Shown piece after piece: positions 12,901 to 24,864 of a stretch of DNA of 64,000 nt. The notes beneath the pieces were generated by a model. The model was given only the letters and a program-made list of their open reading frames with translations, did not search any database and was not told where the DNA came from. The number at the start of each line of letters is the position of its first letter. The stretch's first letter is position 1. The translations under genes and the position numbers were made by a program. The stretch is from Heterodontus francisci (Eukaryota): positions 107,122,673-107,186,672 of the forward strand of contig NC_090379.1 in the NCBI RefSeq assembly GCF_036365525.1, in the 5' to 3' direction.

Positions 12901-15421
12901 TGCCATTTCCTCATTCCCCATGATTATTTCTCCTGTCTCTGCTTCCAAGGGACCAATGTTTACTTTAGCTACTCTATTCCTTTTGATATACCTATAAAAG
13001 CTCTGACAATCTCTTTTTAGGTTACTGGCTAGTTTACTCTCATTCTATTTTTTCCTTTTTCATCAACATTTTCATGGCCCTTTGCTGGTTTCTAAAACAC
13101 TCACAATCCTCAGACTTGCTACTTTTTTGGCAACATTATAAGCCTTTTCTTTTAATCTAATACTATCCTTAAATTCCTTAGTGAGCCATGAATAGGTCTT
13201 TCTGGCTGAGTTTTTGTTTTTCAAAGGAATGTATTTTTCTTGAACATCTTGAATTGTTTCTTTAAAGGTTTCCCACTGTTCATTTACTGCCATACCTTTC
13301 AGTCTATTTACCCAATTTACCTTAGCCAGCTCTCCCCTCATGTCTACGTAATTGGCTTGGTTTAAGAGTCTTGTTTGTGACTGGACAATGTCACTTTCAA
13401 ACTTAATATGGAATTCAATGGTATTATGATCACTGTTTCCCAGCGAAATTTTTTACTATGACATTGCTTATTAACCCTGCTTCATTACACAATACTAGAT
13501 CTAAGACAGCTTTATCCCTAGTTGGCTCCATAATGTATTGTTCCAAGAAACTGTCCCGAAAACATTCTACAAACTCATCTTCTGGACTACTCCTGCAAAT
13601 CCGATTGTCCCAGTCTATAAGATGATTAAAGGCCCCCACAATTATTACATTGCCTTTGTTACAAGCTCCAATAATTTCTTGTGTCATCCTTTACCATCAG
13701 TGATACGCCTCCTCCTTTGCTATTCTATCTGTCTTTCCGAAATATAGTGTACCCTGGAATATTTATTTCCCAACCTTGATCACTATGTAAACATGTCTCT
13801 ATGATGGTGATTAGATCTAAATCATGTACCTCTATTTGTGTCACTAATTCATCTATCTTAATGCAGATGCTTTGTGCATTCACTTATGGAACCTTTAATT
13901 TCATTTTTTTGCTTCTATTCCCTTCAATGACCTTACTTGCTAATGTACAATTCATGAAACTCTCTGTCCCTTCTTGTCCCATTCTGCTTGTAGTTATCCA
14001 CAATGCTATACTGTTCCTCCTTGGAATTCTAAATCTCACCTCTCGTGAACCCTCCCTCCACTCTGTTAGTTAACAACCTCTAGTCTTATCTGCTGGCTCA
14101 CTCTTGAGTTTGTACGTACTGTCCCTTCCTGTCACACCCTGTTCATCATTATCCTTATTGCTAGCTTGCTATCTTTTGCCTCCTCTTCTCTCTTTAAACT
14201 ATCACATCTTCCCTCACTTGATCCCTCACCTCCACTATTTAGTTTAACGACCTCTTCTGCTGCCCTAGTTATACGACTCGCCAGAACACTGGTCCAAGCA
14301 CAGTTCAGGTGTCGACCATCCCAATGATAGAGCTCCCACTTTCCCCAGTAATGGTGCCAATGCCCCATGAATCGAAACCCATTTCTCCCACACTAATCTT
14401 TGAGTCACGCATTAAACTGTCTAGTCTCATTTGCCCTACGCCAATTTGCTTGTGGCTCAGGTAATAACCAGGGGATTACCACCTTTGAGGTTCTGCTTTT
14501 TAATTTAGCCCCTATCTGCTCATATTCTCTATGCAGAACCTTTTTCCCAGTCCTATCTATGTCATTGGTACCCACGTGGACCATGACAACTGGATCCTCC
14601 CCCTCCCACTGCAAGTTCCTCTCCAGCCCTGAGTAGATGTCCCGAACCCTGGCACCAGGCAGGCAACACAGCCTTCTGGACTCTCACTCACGGCTGCAGA
14701 GAACGGTGTCTATCCCCCTGACTATACTGTCCCCTACTACCACTACACTCCTATTTACTCCCCCGCTTGAATGGCTTCCTGTACCACGGTGCCATGGTCA
14801 GTTTGCTCATCCACCCTGCAGCCCTCACTCTCATCCATACAAGCTGAAACAACCTCAAACCTGCTGGACAATTGCAAGGGCTGAGCCTCCTCCATTTCTG
14901 CCTTCTCGATCTTCTTACCTGCCTTACTCGCAGTCACATCCTCCTGTCCCTGACCAAATCAGAAGACCCTATTCTATGGGGTGTGACTGCCTCCAGGAAC
15001 AAAGTGTCCAGGAAACTTTCCCTCTCCCTGATGCATCGCAGTGTATTTAGCTCAGCCTCCAGCTCACTGACTCTGAGCTGAAGCTCCTCGAGCCACAGAC
15101 ACTTAATGCAGACGTATTTGCCATGGATCACACTGGTGTCCACCAGCTCCCACATACTGCAGCTGCAACACAACACCTACCCTGCCATCCTGATTGTGGT
15201 TGAAATAACTAACTAATTAATTATTTACTTAATTAATAGGAAATATTCACTAGCCAATCTATTAAGCTTAACTAATATTAGTAAATAAAACCTTACAATT
15301 AGTATAATTAACCAAGCTTTGAAAGATAAACGATAAAAAAATTCACCAATCAACTACCTATTTTCCTGTGATGTCATATTTTGATTTTTTTTTCTCTCTC
15401 CTCAGAATGAGGTCAGACCAC
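9971..15421 (-). mobile_element. Near full-length CR1 LINE (5'UTR, ORF1 zinc-finger/coiled-coil + SGNH esterase, ORF2 endonuclease + RT, 3' tail), inactivated; contains a nested 1.2-kb insert
   Basis: ORF1 pieces CCSCSMWE..CIKCLWLEELQLRVSELEAEL (14934-15176) and VVMVHVGTNDI (14405-14614); endonuclease piece VIIVGAFN..PTRDKAVLDLVL (13430-13687); RT 11990-12948 with QHGF, DFQKAFDKV, FADD; tail read on + as acaagaacacaagaaatagg from 9971. Confidence 0.95.
10641..11838 (+). mobile_element. Solo-LTR-like insert (LTR family 3) nested in the CR1
   Basis: CR1 sequence stops at about 10640 and resumes at 11839; terminal inverted repeat TGTAGTG/CACTACA; TATA-like tatatatat near 11237 followed by a pyrimidine-rich tract; attaaa near 11710. 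Confidence 0.72.
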
Positions 15422-15600
15422 GTATGATGGGGAAACGGGGAGGGGGGGGGTGTTTGATGGGATAATGGGGGGTGTTTGATGGGATAATGGGGGGGGTGTT
15501 TGATGGGGAAACAGGAGGTATGATGGGGAAACAGGAGTGTATGATCAGGGAATGAGGGAATATGATAGGGAAAGAGGAGGTTCTGATGGGGAAATGGGGG
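15422..15600. repeat. Right part of the gatgggg(a)aa minisatellite, degenerate units
   Basis: tatgatggggaaac units as at 9850-9970, plus gtgtttgatgggataatgggggg variants. Confidence 0.85.
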
Positions 15601-15865
15601 CGAGGTGGTGCTGTGATCTGAAAAGCATGCTGTCTTAGTAGGGGGGCAGCAATCATTGCATTTTTAGGTCATATTCACATTTATTTCATGTTCAGCCACA
15701 AAGAAAAGTCTTTTGAGTTTTAAAAAAATCATCTGGGGACTGAGAGAATTCCCATTACCCTTCCCCACCCCACACACCTTCCCATTCCCTGTCACCTTGT
15801 CCTGACTACCCATGCAGTTCCTCACTTTCTTCGAACAAGGTGCAACCATACAAGCACAATAAAGA

Positions 15866-16283
15866 GACTTGCATTCTGATAGCACCTTTCACTGCCTCAG
15901 GACGTTCCAAAATGCTTTACATGAAGTACTCTTGAAGTTTAGTCACTGTTGTAATGCAGAAAATGCGGCAGCTAATTTGCACACAGCAAGCTCCCACTAA
16001 CAGTAATTAAGATAAAGAGCAGATTTTTTTTTTTAATCGATGTTTGTTGGAGAGATAAATATTGGCCAGGATGCCAGAAATTACTCCACTGCTGAATCTT
16101 TTATGTCCACCCGACAGGCAGATGGGTTAACATCTCATCTGAAAGACAGTACCTCTGACAATACAGCACTCCCTTAGTACTGCACTGGAGTGTCAGCCTA
16201 AATTTTGTGCTCAAGTCTCTGGAGTGGAACTTGAACCCACGATCTTCTGACCCAGAGGTGAGAGTGCTACCAACTGAGCCATG
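15866..16283 (-). mobile_element. Full-length DeuSINE (SacSINE1-like, tRNA-derived head)
   Basis: On the minus strand: Pol III A box tggctcagttgg, B box ggttcaagtt, central Deu-like domain, and tail aaaggtgctatcagaatgcaagt. Confidence 0.88.
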
Positions 16284-16673
16284 CCTGACACTATACCTGA
16301 TAATATAACGATCCCAGGGCTTGAACAGAAATCCTTCCACTATATTCAGCTGACCAGGTGTGTCATGAACCCTAATGTTACCTCCTAAAGTTTAGCAGAA
16401 TAAACACTTTCATGTTGTGGTTTAGGATATAAGCTGCAGAAAAGGTTTATTAAAAAATAACATGTAAGCAGCAGTGACAGACAATACAAGAGACTGAAGT
16501 AATTTATTGAACCCTATGTTTCTCCTTAATACGAATATTTTCAGAGATAGCAGGATCAGAGTCTGTAACATAACTGAAACTCACTGTTTTTTTAAGAGCC
16601 ACAAGTCTCCAGCCCCCAGCCTGGTTGACTAAGAAGTGGTGAACTGGAGTCAAGCTCTCGGAGATATAAAATA

Positions 16674-17058
16674 ACAACTTACAGATATTTATAGCACCTT
16701 TAACATAGTAAAATATCCCAAGGTGCTTCACAGAAGCATTATCAAACAAAACATGACACCCAACGACATAGGAGGTATTAGGACAGATGAGGTCAAAGAG
16801 CTATGTTTTTAAGGAGTGTCTTAAAGGGGGGGGGGAAAGAGATGTAGAGAAGTGGCAAGGTTTAAGAAGGGAAATCCAGAGCCTCGGGCCTTGGCAGCTG
16901 AAGGCATAGCTGCCAATGGTGGAACAATTAAAATCGGGGATCAGCAAGAGGAGCGGAGATATCATGGAGGGTTGTGAGCCTGGAGGAGATTACAGAGATA
17001 GGGAGAGGCGAGACCACCGAGGAATTTAAAAACAAGGATGAGAATATTAAAATCGAGA
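16674..17058 (-). mobile_element. L2 LINE 3' end
   Basis: Matches 31223-31610 and 60177-60550 (atatttatagcacctttaac.tagtaaaa..tcccaaggtgcttcacag; gggaaatccagagcc..gggcct.ggcagctgaaggca). Confidence 0.8.
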
Positions 17059-17359
17059 CACAGACACCAGCTACTCCAATCAGGAACACAGGAAATCAAA
17101 TAAGGATCTTTCACATGTGCACAAGGCTATCAAACATGCATAATGTTTGAAACATAGGGAATGCTGGCTGGCCAGTGTCATGTCCCTTGCATTCTTATAT
17201 GCACTATGCTCAAACCTGCAATATAGAGAAACTGAATGTGACAATGCAGTGATCGGCCTGATTCAATCGGTTAATAACTGTGTATTGAGCTACAGCAAAT
17301 ATTTCCAAAAAACCTTTCTTCCAAAACACAAAACCAGTCACAACCCAACCAATAACCAC

Positions 17360-18464
17360 TGATACAAATCCCCCATATAAAGAAAACATGCTATACTAAA
17401 TCAGGATTTTTTTAATTCATCAGTTGGAAACCAACATTAAAATTTTTAAAAGGAGCTGGGATCCTGCAGTTAACTTTTAAAAAGCTGGCAGCCAAGATGG
17501 CCACCACAATTTGTATTAAAATACCTCATATTCCAGGACATCGAATTGGAGACAGATGTCTAACGAGGTTGCATCCAGGACAATGCCTTCTTAATTTGGA
17601 AACTCACAGCATCACTTCGAATGGCAAAACATTCAAAGCCATCTTGGAACATTAACAGTGGAGTCATATCTCCAGGGGGTGAAGAGAGATTGAACATACC
17701 TAGATGCGAATCTAATTAAACTGCAAGCGAGGATGCTGGACAATCATGTGACCACCTCCCCATCAGTGGAAAATCTAGCTGTCTTTTGCAAAAGGACAAG
17801 CTCCTGAGACTTTGAAGCAGACAAGCTTCAAGTGCTAACCAGACACGACCCCAGTGGGGGCTGTGTGTATGTGCGTCTCTCTCTCCAATTAACATCGCAA
17901 GTTTGAAACCTGTCTGCAAATGTGGAACATTCAAGTCTACCATTGCTACAGACAGAGACCCCGGGGAAGAAAGCCACCTACAACTCTGTCACCAAGAAAA
18001 ACCCAAACTAGGTGGGCCAGCTGCAAAGTACTTCTACCAGCCGCAAAGTACTTCTACCAGCCAGAGACTTCAGAATCACAACTTCAGCTGGAAGACATCT
18101 AAATTACCAGACCCCATAGACTTTATATTTTTTTATTAAACTTGTTCTGGACTCTAATCCAATCCAAGCTATCCCTTATCACTCTGTAATCTATTTGTTT
18201 GTGTGTGTGCAAGTGAAAGTGTAGTGCAGTTTATTATTTTATTTAGATCAGGTTTTTGGTTAAGTACAATAAACTCATGTCTTTCTTGTTTAAACTCAAT
18301 AAAACCTGTCCGATTGGTTCTTTTACAATCACAACAAAGGTAAAAGGTAACACACTCACTTAAGTGGTAAGCACACCCACTGTTTTAAAAGGAATAAACA
18401 GTGTTGTGGTCAAACATGAAGAAGGACAAGAGGGGAGCCTTGTGACCCCATCTCACCTAGTTTC
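17360..18464 (+). mobile_element. Diverged solo LTR related to LTR family 1; boundaries approximate
   Basis: 3' half parallels 41990-42288 (gt-rich tract, aataaa, ttaaac..aa.aaa.cctgt, ctcacct.gt); internal 20-bp tandem duplication gcaaagtacttctaccagcc near 18023-18062; no clean TSD. Confidence 0.62.
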
Positions 18465-18528
18465 ACTATCCTTTTGAACTCAAAAGACCCTCGACAGAGC
18501 AAAGCAAGGTGCAGTTAAAACATTAGTA

Positions 18529-19290
18529 CAGTGAAACCTGTAAATTAGGGACTCCTAAGGGACTGGCATGAGCTGTCCTTTATTTTACAGGTGTCCTTAT
18601 TTTCAAAATGGTCACTGAATCCACAGTAAAAATTTCCCAACAATTGTGAAGAAGCATGAACCAGCTGAATTTATGATCAGCAACTAATCAACTGCAACAA
18701 TGCTAAAAATGTAAGTTTGGAAGTAGATATATAACACTGATGTGCCAGATTTGGTACCTGTACAGTGGAACCTTTTCCTAATGACATTCTTGATAGCAAA
18801 TAACCGTACCTTGCAGGGTCTGGTGCACGCATATCTTATGGGACTGCGCGGGGTTAGGTGAACGCACACATTCTAGCATGCACTGTCAAGAAAGTTGCTT
18901 TCAGAAGCAGGGACAGCAGTGACAGGGTACCTCGAACCCCGAACGGGAACCAACAAAAATGACATCATCATCTTCAGACTCAGATGTAGTACGTACTTGG
19001 AACATTTTGGAGTTGAGTCCACAAACAGATCAGCCATGATCTTATGGAATGGCGGAGCAGGCTCAAGAGGCCGAATGGCCTACTCCTACTCCTAGCTCAT
19101 ATGTAACAGCAGGCTGTGTCCCATGTTTTAATTTGTGAAAGGATTGGATGCATTGAAGGCTGTTCGTAGTCTGCGATTTGTGAGTAGCAGTGGTTAGAGA
19201 CTGCCTCTTGCATATTTCATAATGTTAGTTATTTAGGTCCCTCAATCAGTGTCTAAGTTTTGGGAGTGTCCGTTTATATAGGTTTCACTG
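18529..19290. mobile_element. Non-autonomous Tc1/mariner (pogo/Tigger-like) DNA transposon
   Basis: Perfect 11-bp terminal inverted repeat CAGTGAAACCT/AGGTTTCACTG with weaker similarity further in; TA on both sides; carries a short CR1 3'-tail fragment at about 19027-19103. Confidence 0.8.
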
Positions 19291-19644
19291 TATATTAATG
19301 CCTTTCAGACTCACATAGCAGGCCATGTCTGATGCTGCTGCTTATATTTAGTCAGACTGGCTGTGCAGTCAGCAAAGTTTAAAAACAGACAAGTCAGTTC
19401 TCCGAAACAGTAATAAAAATATGGAAGCCTCTTTATAATCTGAAGTCAAAGCTCCACATTCATCACAGCAGTGTCACTACCAGGAGGCAGTCGTGCTCAC
19501 AGGTACAGGTGAAGCAACAAAAAGGCATGAACCAGCACAGGGCTGGAGAGAAGCCTCAATGTGGGGAACGGAGCATTAGAGTAGAGGCCAAACTACAGAG
19601 CAGGGGAGTGCAGCAGAGGGGCAAAAATTTGGGCTGGGAAATCA

Positions 19645-20515
19645 TCAAATCATAGAACAGGAGGCCATTTGGTCCATTGCGCCCGTGCCAGCTCTTTGAA
19701 AGAGCTATCCAATTCATCCCACTGCCCACACTCTTTTTCCAGAACCTTGCAGTTTTTCCTTCTCAAGTATTCATTCAAACCCCTTTTGGAAGTTACTACT
19801 GAATCTGGCAGTGCAGTCCAGATCACAACAATTCACTGTATAAAAAAATGTTTACGCATTTCAGGTTCTTTTGTCGACAATCTTTGCCTCTGGTTACTGA
19901 CCCTTCAGCCACTGGAAACAATTTCCCCTTATTAACCCATTTTTGAACAGCTCTATCAAATCTCCCATTAACCTTCTGTAGTCCAAGGAGAACAATCCTA
20001 GTTTCTCCACATAAATGAAGTCCCTCATCCCTGGAACCATTCTAGTAAATGTCCTCTGCAGCCTCTCCAAGACTTTGACATTCTTCCTAAAGTGTCCAGA
20101 ATTAGTCAAAACTCCCACTGGGGCCTAAATTGTGTTTTTAAGCTAAACTTTTAGCTTTCTTGCTGTTGTATTCTATGCATCTAATTATAAAGCAAAAGAT
20201 TCCGTGTATTTTATTTTAAACAACCTTAAGAATTTGTCCTGCCACCTTGAAAGATGGTGTATTTGAAACCCCAGGTGTTTCCGTTCCTGCACCCCTTTTA
20301 AAATTGCACCATTTAGTTTATATTACCTCTCCTCATTCTTCCTACCAGAATGCAGCACTTCACACTTCCCTTTGTTAAATTTCATGTGTCATGTGGCTGC
20401 CCATTTCACCAGTCTATGTCCTCCTGAAGTCTGTTGCTAGTCTCCTCCCTGTTTACTACATTTACGAGTTTTATGTCATCTGTAAACTTGAAATTATGCC
20501 CCTTATATCCAAGAT
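19645..20515 (-). mobile_element. CR1 LINE 3' fragment
   Basis: ORF piece KVLERLQRTFTRMVPGMRDF; remnant of the FADDTK region near 20470; CR1 tail near 19645-19690. Confidence 0.85.
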
Positions 20516-20756
20516 CATAAATATGTATTCATAAAATACGTTTAACATAAAAATAAACATTCCAATTACTTTACACATGGGGCAAAGAAAGCAGTAGTCA
20601 GGGAAAGTGTAAAGAGTGGTTATGGGGCTGAAGCCATAAAAGAAAAACACAAGGCATCGGCCAGAGACTGGGAACGGTACAAGGAGCAGCGCTGAGGTTG
20701 CTGCTCAACTAACAGAAGGGGGACAAGACTATTTGGATCAGAAGCACTGCCAGATT

Positions 20757-23700
20757 CTTCTTCTTCTTGGGCATTCCCTTGGGAACAAAGATAATTTTCT
20801 TCCACTCCAGGGTTTTGGGTCCTTAGGTGACTGAATAATCCAATTTTGGATCCGTACACTCTGCCACAGGTGGGGCAGGTGGTGTTCGATGAGGCGAGTA
20901 GATGGGATGCTCAAATTTCCGAATGCTCCTTCCACTGTTTGCACTTGGTTGCTGCCTGGGCATGTTGACGTTGTTTGAACTGGCTGCCACCTTCGCAGAT
21001 GCTTCCTCTCCATTTTGGGCAGTCTCGGGCAAGAGATTCTCACATATCAGAGGAGGGGTCAAATTTTTTTCAGGGAGGCTTTAAGGACATCCTTGTAAAG
21101 TTTCCTCTGCCCTCCTGGTAACCTCTTGCCATGACGGAGCTCGGAGTAGAAAGCTTGTTTTGGGAGTCTTGTGTCAGGCATGCGGACGATGTGGCCCGCC
21201 CAGCGTAACTGACTAATCATGACCAGCGTTTCGATACTGGGGATGTTGGCCTGAGAGAGAGTACACTGATATTGGAGCGCCTGTCCTGCCACTGAATTTG
21301 CAGGATCTCGTGGAGGCACTGCTGGTGATATCCCTCCAGGGCTTTGAGATCGCTGCTGTACAGAGTCAGTGTTTCCGATGCATACAGGAAGGCAGGTAAC
21401 ACTGCGGCCCTGTAAACCATGAGCTTGGTGCCAGGTTTGAGGTCTTTGTCGTCAAACATTCTTTTCCACAGACGACCGAAGGCTGCGCTAGCACACTGGA
21501 GGCGATGCTGAGTTTCATCGGCGATGTCTGTCCTTGCTGAGAGGAGGCTCCCAAGGTCTGAGAGGTGATCCACATTGTTCAGTGGTTTGTCGTGGATCTT
21601 GACAGTCAGGGGGCAGTGTTGTGCTGCGGGAGCAGTCTGGTAGCGGACCTTTATCTCCCAGATGTTTAGCTTAAGGCCCATTCTTTCATACACCTCCATG
21701 AATGCATCGACGAGAGGTTGAAGCTCAGCCTCCGAGTGTGCACATACGCAGGCGTCATCAGCGTACTGCAGGTCGATGACAGAGGTTGGGGTGACCTTGG
21801 TTTTGGACTAGAGGTAACGCAGGTTCAATAGTTTCCCACTCATCCTGTAGAGTAGATCTACTCCAGCAGGGAGCTTCATGGAGATGAGGTGGAGTGTTGC
21901 GATGAGGAAGATGGAACAGAGCGTTGGTGCAATGACACAGCCTTGCTCGACTCCAGCTTGCACTCGGATTGCATCAGTGGCAGATCCGTTGGCAAGGATT
22001 ACGGCTTGCATGTCGTCGTGCAGCAGGCGGAGGACAGTGACGAATTTCTCCAGGCAGCCAAATTTGAGGAGGATGTTCCATAATCCCTCCCAGTTGATAG
22101 AGTGAAAGGCCTTTGTGAGGTCAAAGGCGGCCATGTATAAAGGTTGCTGCAGCTCCCTACATTTTGCTTGGAGTTGTCTTGCTGTGAAGATCATGTCCAC
22201 TGTGCCTCTTGATGGACGGAATCCACATTGTGATTCCGGTAGGAGCGCTTCAACCACAGGGAGGAGGCGGTTGAGAAGGACTCTTATGATGACCTTCCCT
22301 GTGGCAGACAGCAGGGATACCCCTCTGTGGTTACCACAGTCCGTCTTGTCGCCTTTTCAGAAGATGTTCACAATTACGGCGTCCCAGAGATCCTCACCAT
22401 GCTCTCCTCCTTCAAGATGCGGGAGATAAGACCATGTATCTGTGTTGAGACCAGGTGAGAAATGTGTCTAGGGGTCTTTTGCTGTCTTTACCTGGTCTTA
22501 TTGCAACAGGGTTTTATGTTAAACACACTGTTTTGAGCTCCCTTTTTGTGAATTATTGTTCACAACTTTCCAATTATAAAGCAAAGAAATTAGCACAAGT
22601 AGGCTTTCTGTGGTTTAAAGAAGAATAAATTTATTAAACCTTAAAACTTAAAGTCTAATGCAGTTAATGCCTACGGATATACAATGCACCCACACTAGCA
22701 TGCATACGCGATACACACATGCAAATAGGGACAGAAGAGAGAAGAAAAGTAGAACAGTTTGAGGCAATATCTTGTTACTGTTTCTCAAATTCGCTGTTGT
22801 CCTTGATTGAAGATATGATCTTGCATTTCATTGGGGCCCAGTATTCATCTTAAACCTTGTTCACGTAGGAGACTGTTCTCTCTTTGCGTTTACATGTCTT
22901 CACAAGATTCAGTTCTGTGGGAAAAGATGAGGGCAGGCAGACAGGAGATGAGACGTTCTCAGTCCAGGAGCACATAGCATTCTCTGTCTCAATCTCTTTG
23001 TTGGGAGTTCAAATTCAAAAAAACTCCCAGGTTGCCCAGGAAGTTAGTCATGTGACTCCTTATATGGAACAATCTCTTCAACATCCTTTGTTGGAAGTTC
23101 AAATTCTCTGCAATAGCCAGTTAGCCATGTGACTAAAACTGGTCTGAACACTTCTGTGCATTGGGGAAGAAACTGCTGGGTCCCCACTGTTTCAACACTG
23201 TCTGGTACTATGTAATTTCCTTCCAGTCAGGGCTTGCAATTTTTAAGTTTTTGCTCATGTGGCGAAATACTTTGTGCTCAGTCTTGGCAGGTGGGGGATT
23301 TGCCCGACAGTGTCAAGAGTGCCTCTCTGCCGTATTTTAGAATTTCATTGGGAATTCCATCTACATCAGGGGCCTTATTGTTTTTTTAACTGTCAGATGG
23401 CCTTTTCGATCTTGTGTCGGGCTGGGGTTGTGCTGAGGTCGTGATGGGTAGCATGCTGTGGAATGTGGTCGTGGGCACTCACATCAAGGACTGAGTCGCG
23501 ATTGAGGAGATCTTCGAAGTGCTCCGTCCAACAATCGCTGACTGCCTCTCTGTCCTTGATCTGCGCCACTCCATTCTCTGCTCTCAGTGGGGTAGGTTCT
23601 TGGGTGCTTGGGCCATAAATGGTCTTGACTGTGCTGAAGAATCCATGCATGTCGTGGCTGTCAGCAAATTGCTGTACTTCCTGTGCTCTTTCAGCCCACC

Positions 23701-23967
23701 AGCTGTTCTTTAGGTCATGGGTTTTTTGTTGGACCTCGGCCTTGGATTGTCTGTGCCCCTACTTTATTTCCCTCGAATTTCGGTGATGCTCCAGTTCAGG
23801 AACAACAACAGCTTGCGATCTAGTAGCTCCTGGAACTCCTGGTTGTTCTTGTCAAACCATTCTTGATGTTTCCTGGTCGAGAAACCAAGAGTATCTTTGC
23901 AAGTGCTCATTATGGTAACTTTGAGGCCAGACCGGGCATTGTGGACATTCTGTGGTTCCTGCTCATT
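20757..23967 (-). mobile_element. RTE-clade LINE (BovB/AviRTE-like), 5'-truncated and decayed, with a nested solo LTR
   Basis: ESQCGFRPSRGTVDMIFTARQLQ..AFDLTKAF, QYADD near 21760, QLRWAGHIVRMPDTRLPK, C-terminal CPTCGRVYGSKIGLFSHLRT; (GAA)n tail; exact 25-bp TSD tttggatcagaagcactgccagatt at 20732-20756 and 23968-23992. Confidence 0.95.
22443..23309 (-). mobile_element. Solo LTR, LTR family 1 (Gypsy-like), nested in the RTE
   Basis: TGTTGAG...CCGACA termini; colinear with 45013-45932; RTE sequence resumes on both sides; TSD not clean. Confidence 0.87.
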
Positions 23968-24473
23968 TTTGGATCAGAAGCACTGCCAGATTACTGGCCC
24001 AAGGGAACACTTACAACACAAGTTCGTTGGGCCAAGAGAGAGGCAGAAGATTAAAAACAGCAAGATTCAGTGAGTGTCTACACACTGGCAGACAATCACC
24101 TGGTTTCTAAATGCCAACCAACTTGACGATAATCATGGCAATTTGGATTCTCTTTCTGCACCGGATGTTCTTCTCACAAGTGCAGGCACTCATGAGAGCA
24201 AGTGTTTCCTATGGACCAATCAGATCACTGGATCAAGTGTTTCCTTTGACCAACCAATTCACTGGAAGACGGTGGGGCTTCAAAATCCAATGCTGATAAT
24301 AGATACTATTTCCCTTTTAACATGTGTTTATGAAATCACATCTGATTTACAAAATGCATTAATGTGTCATCTTGTGACTGGCTAGATCACACATCTGCGT
24401 TCTGAAGTGAAGGCAGAAATATTGCCATGGTTACTGTAGAAATAGTATGGCCAACTGAACAAGAGTTTTATGA

Positions 24474-24620
24474 AATAAAAATAAGAAATGCTGGAACCAC
24501 TCAGCAGGTCTGGCAGCAGCTGTGGAAAGAGAAGCAGAGTTAACGTTTCGGGTCAATGACCCTTCTTCGGACTGACAAATATTAGAAATGTCACAGGTTA
24601 TAAGCAAGTGAGGTGGGGGT
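24474..24620 (-). mobile_element. 147-bp Penelope-like terminal repeat insert containing a hammerhead motif
   Basis: Reverse complement matches about 37453-37605; exact 11-bp TSD gagttttatga at 24463-24473 and 24621-24631. Confidence 0.88.
24538..24573 (-). ncRNA. Minimal type I hammerhead ribozyme motif, variant core (CCGAAGA)
   Basis: Minus strand agt-ccgaaga-a-gggtc-att-gaccc-gaaacgtt-aact: perfect stem II, GAAA, palindromic ACGU; core has C where CUGANGA has U. Confidence 0.55.
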
Positions 24621-24864
24621 GAGTTTTATGATATCAGTTCAGAGTATTTGGACCTTTTAACCTAGTCAAGTAAATGGAAAAAGTGTCAGAGCCATGACTG
24701 AACATCTCAATAGTAGCAACTACTGCTCTGTGAAACAAACTGAGGACCCCTGTCCATTCAATCTCCAAATTTGTCAGTCACCCTCACTAACAGAATCACT
24801 AACTATTTATTGCTGTTCAGCAAGAACCTTTCCTCAGACTATGCACTTTCACCTGGTGTCCAGC

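Noticed and set aside
18810-18882. Phase-compatible minus-strand exon candidate CMLECVRSPNPAQSHKICVHQTLQ
   Set aside because: Inside the TA-flanked DNA transposon 18529-19290; no recognisable homology
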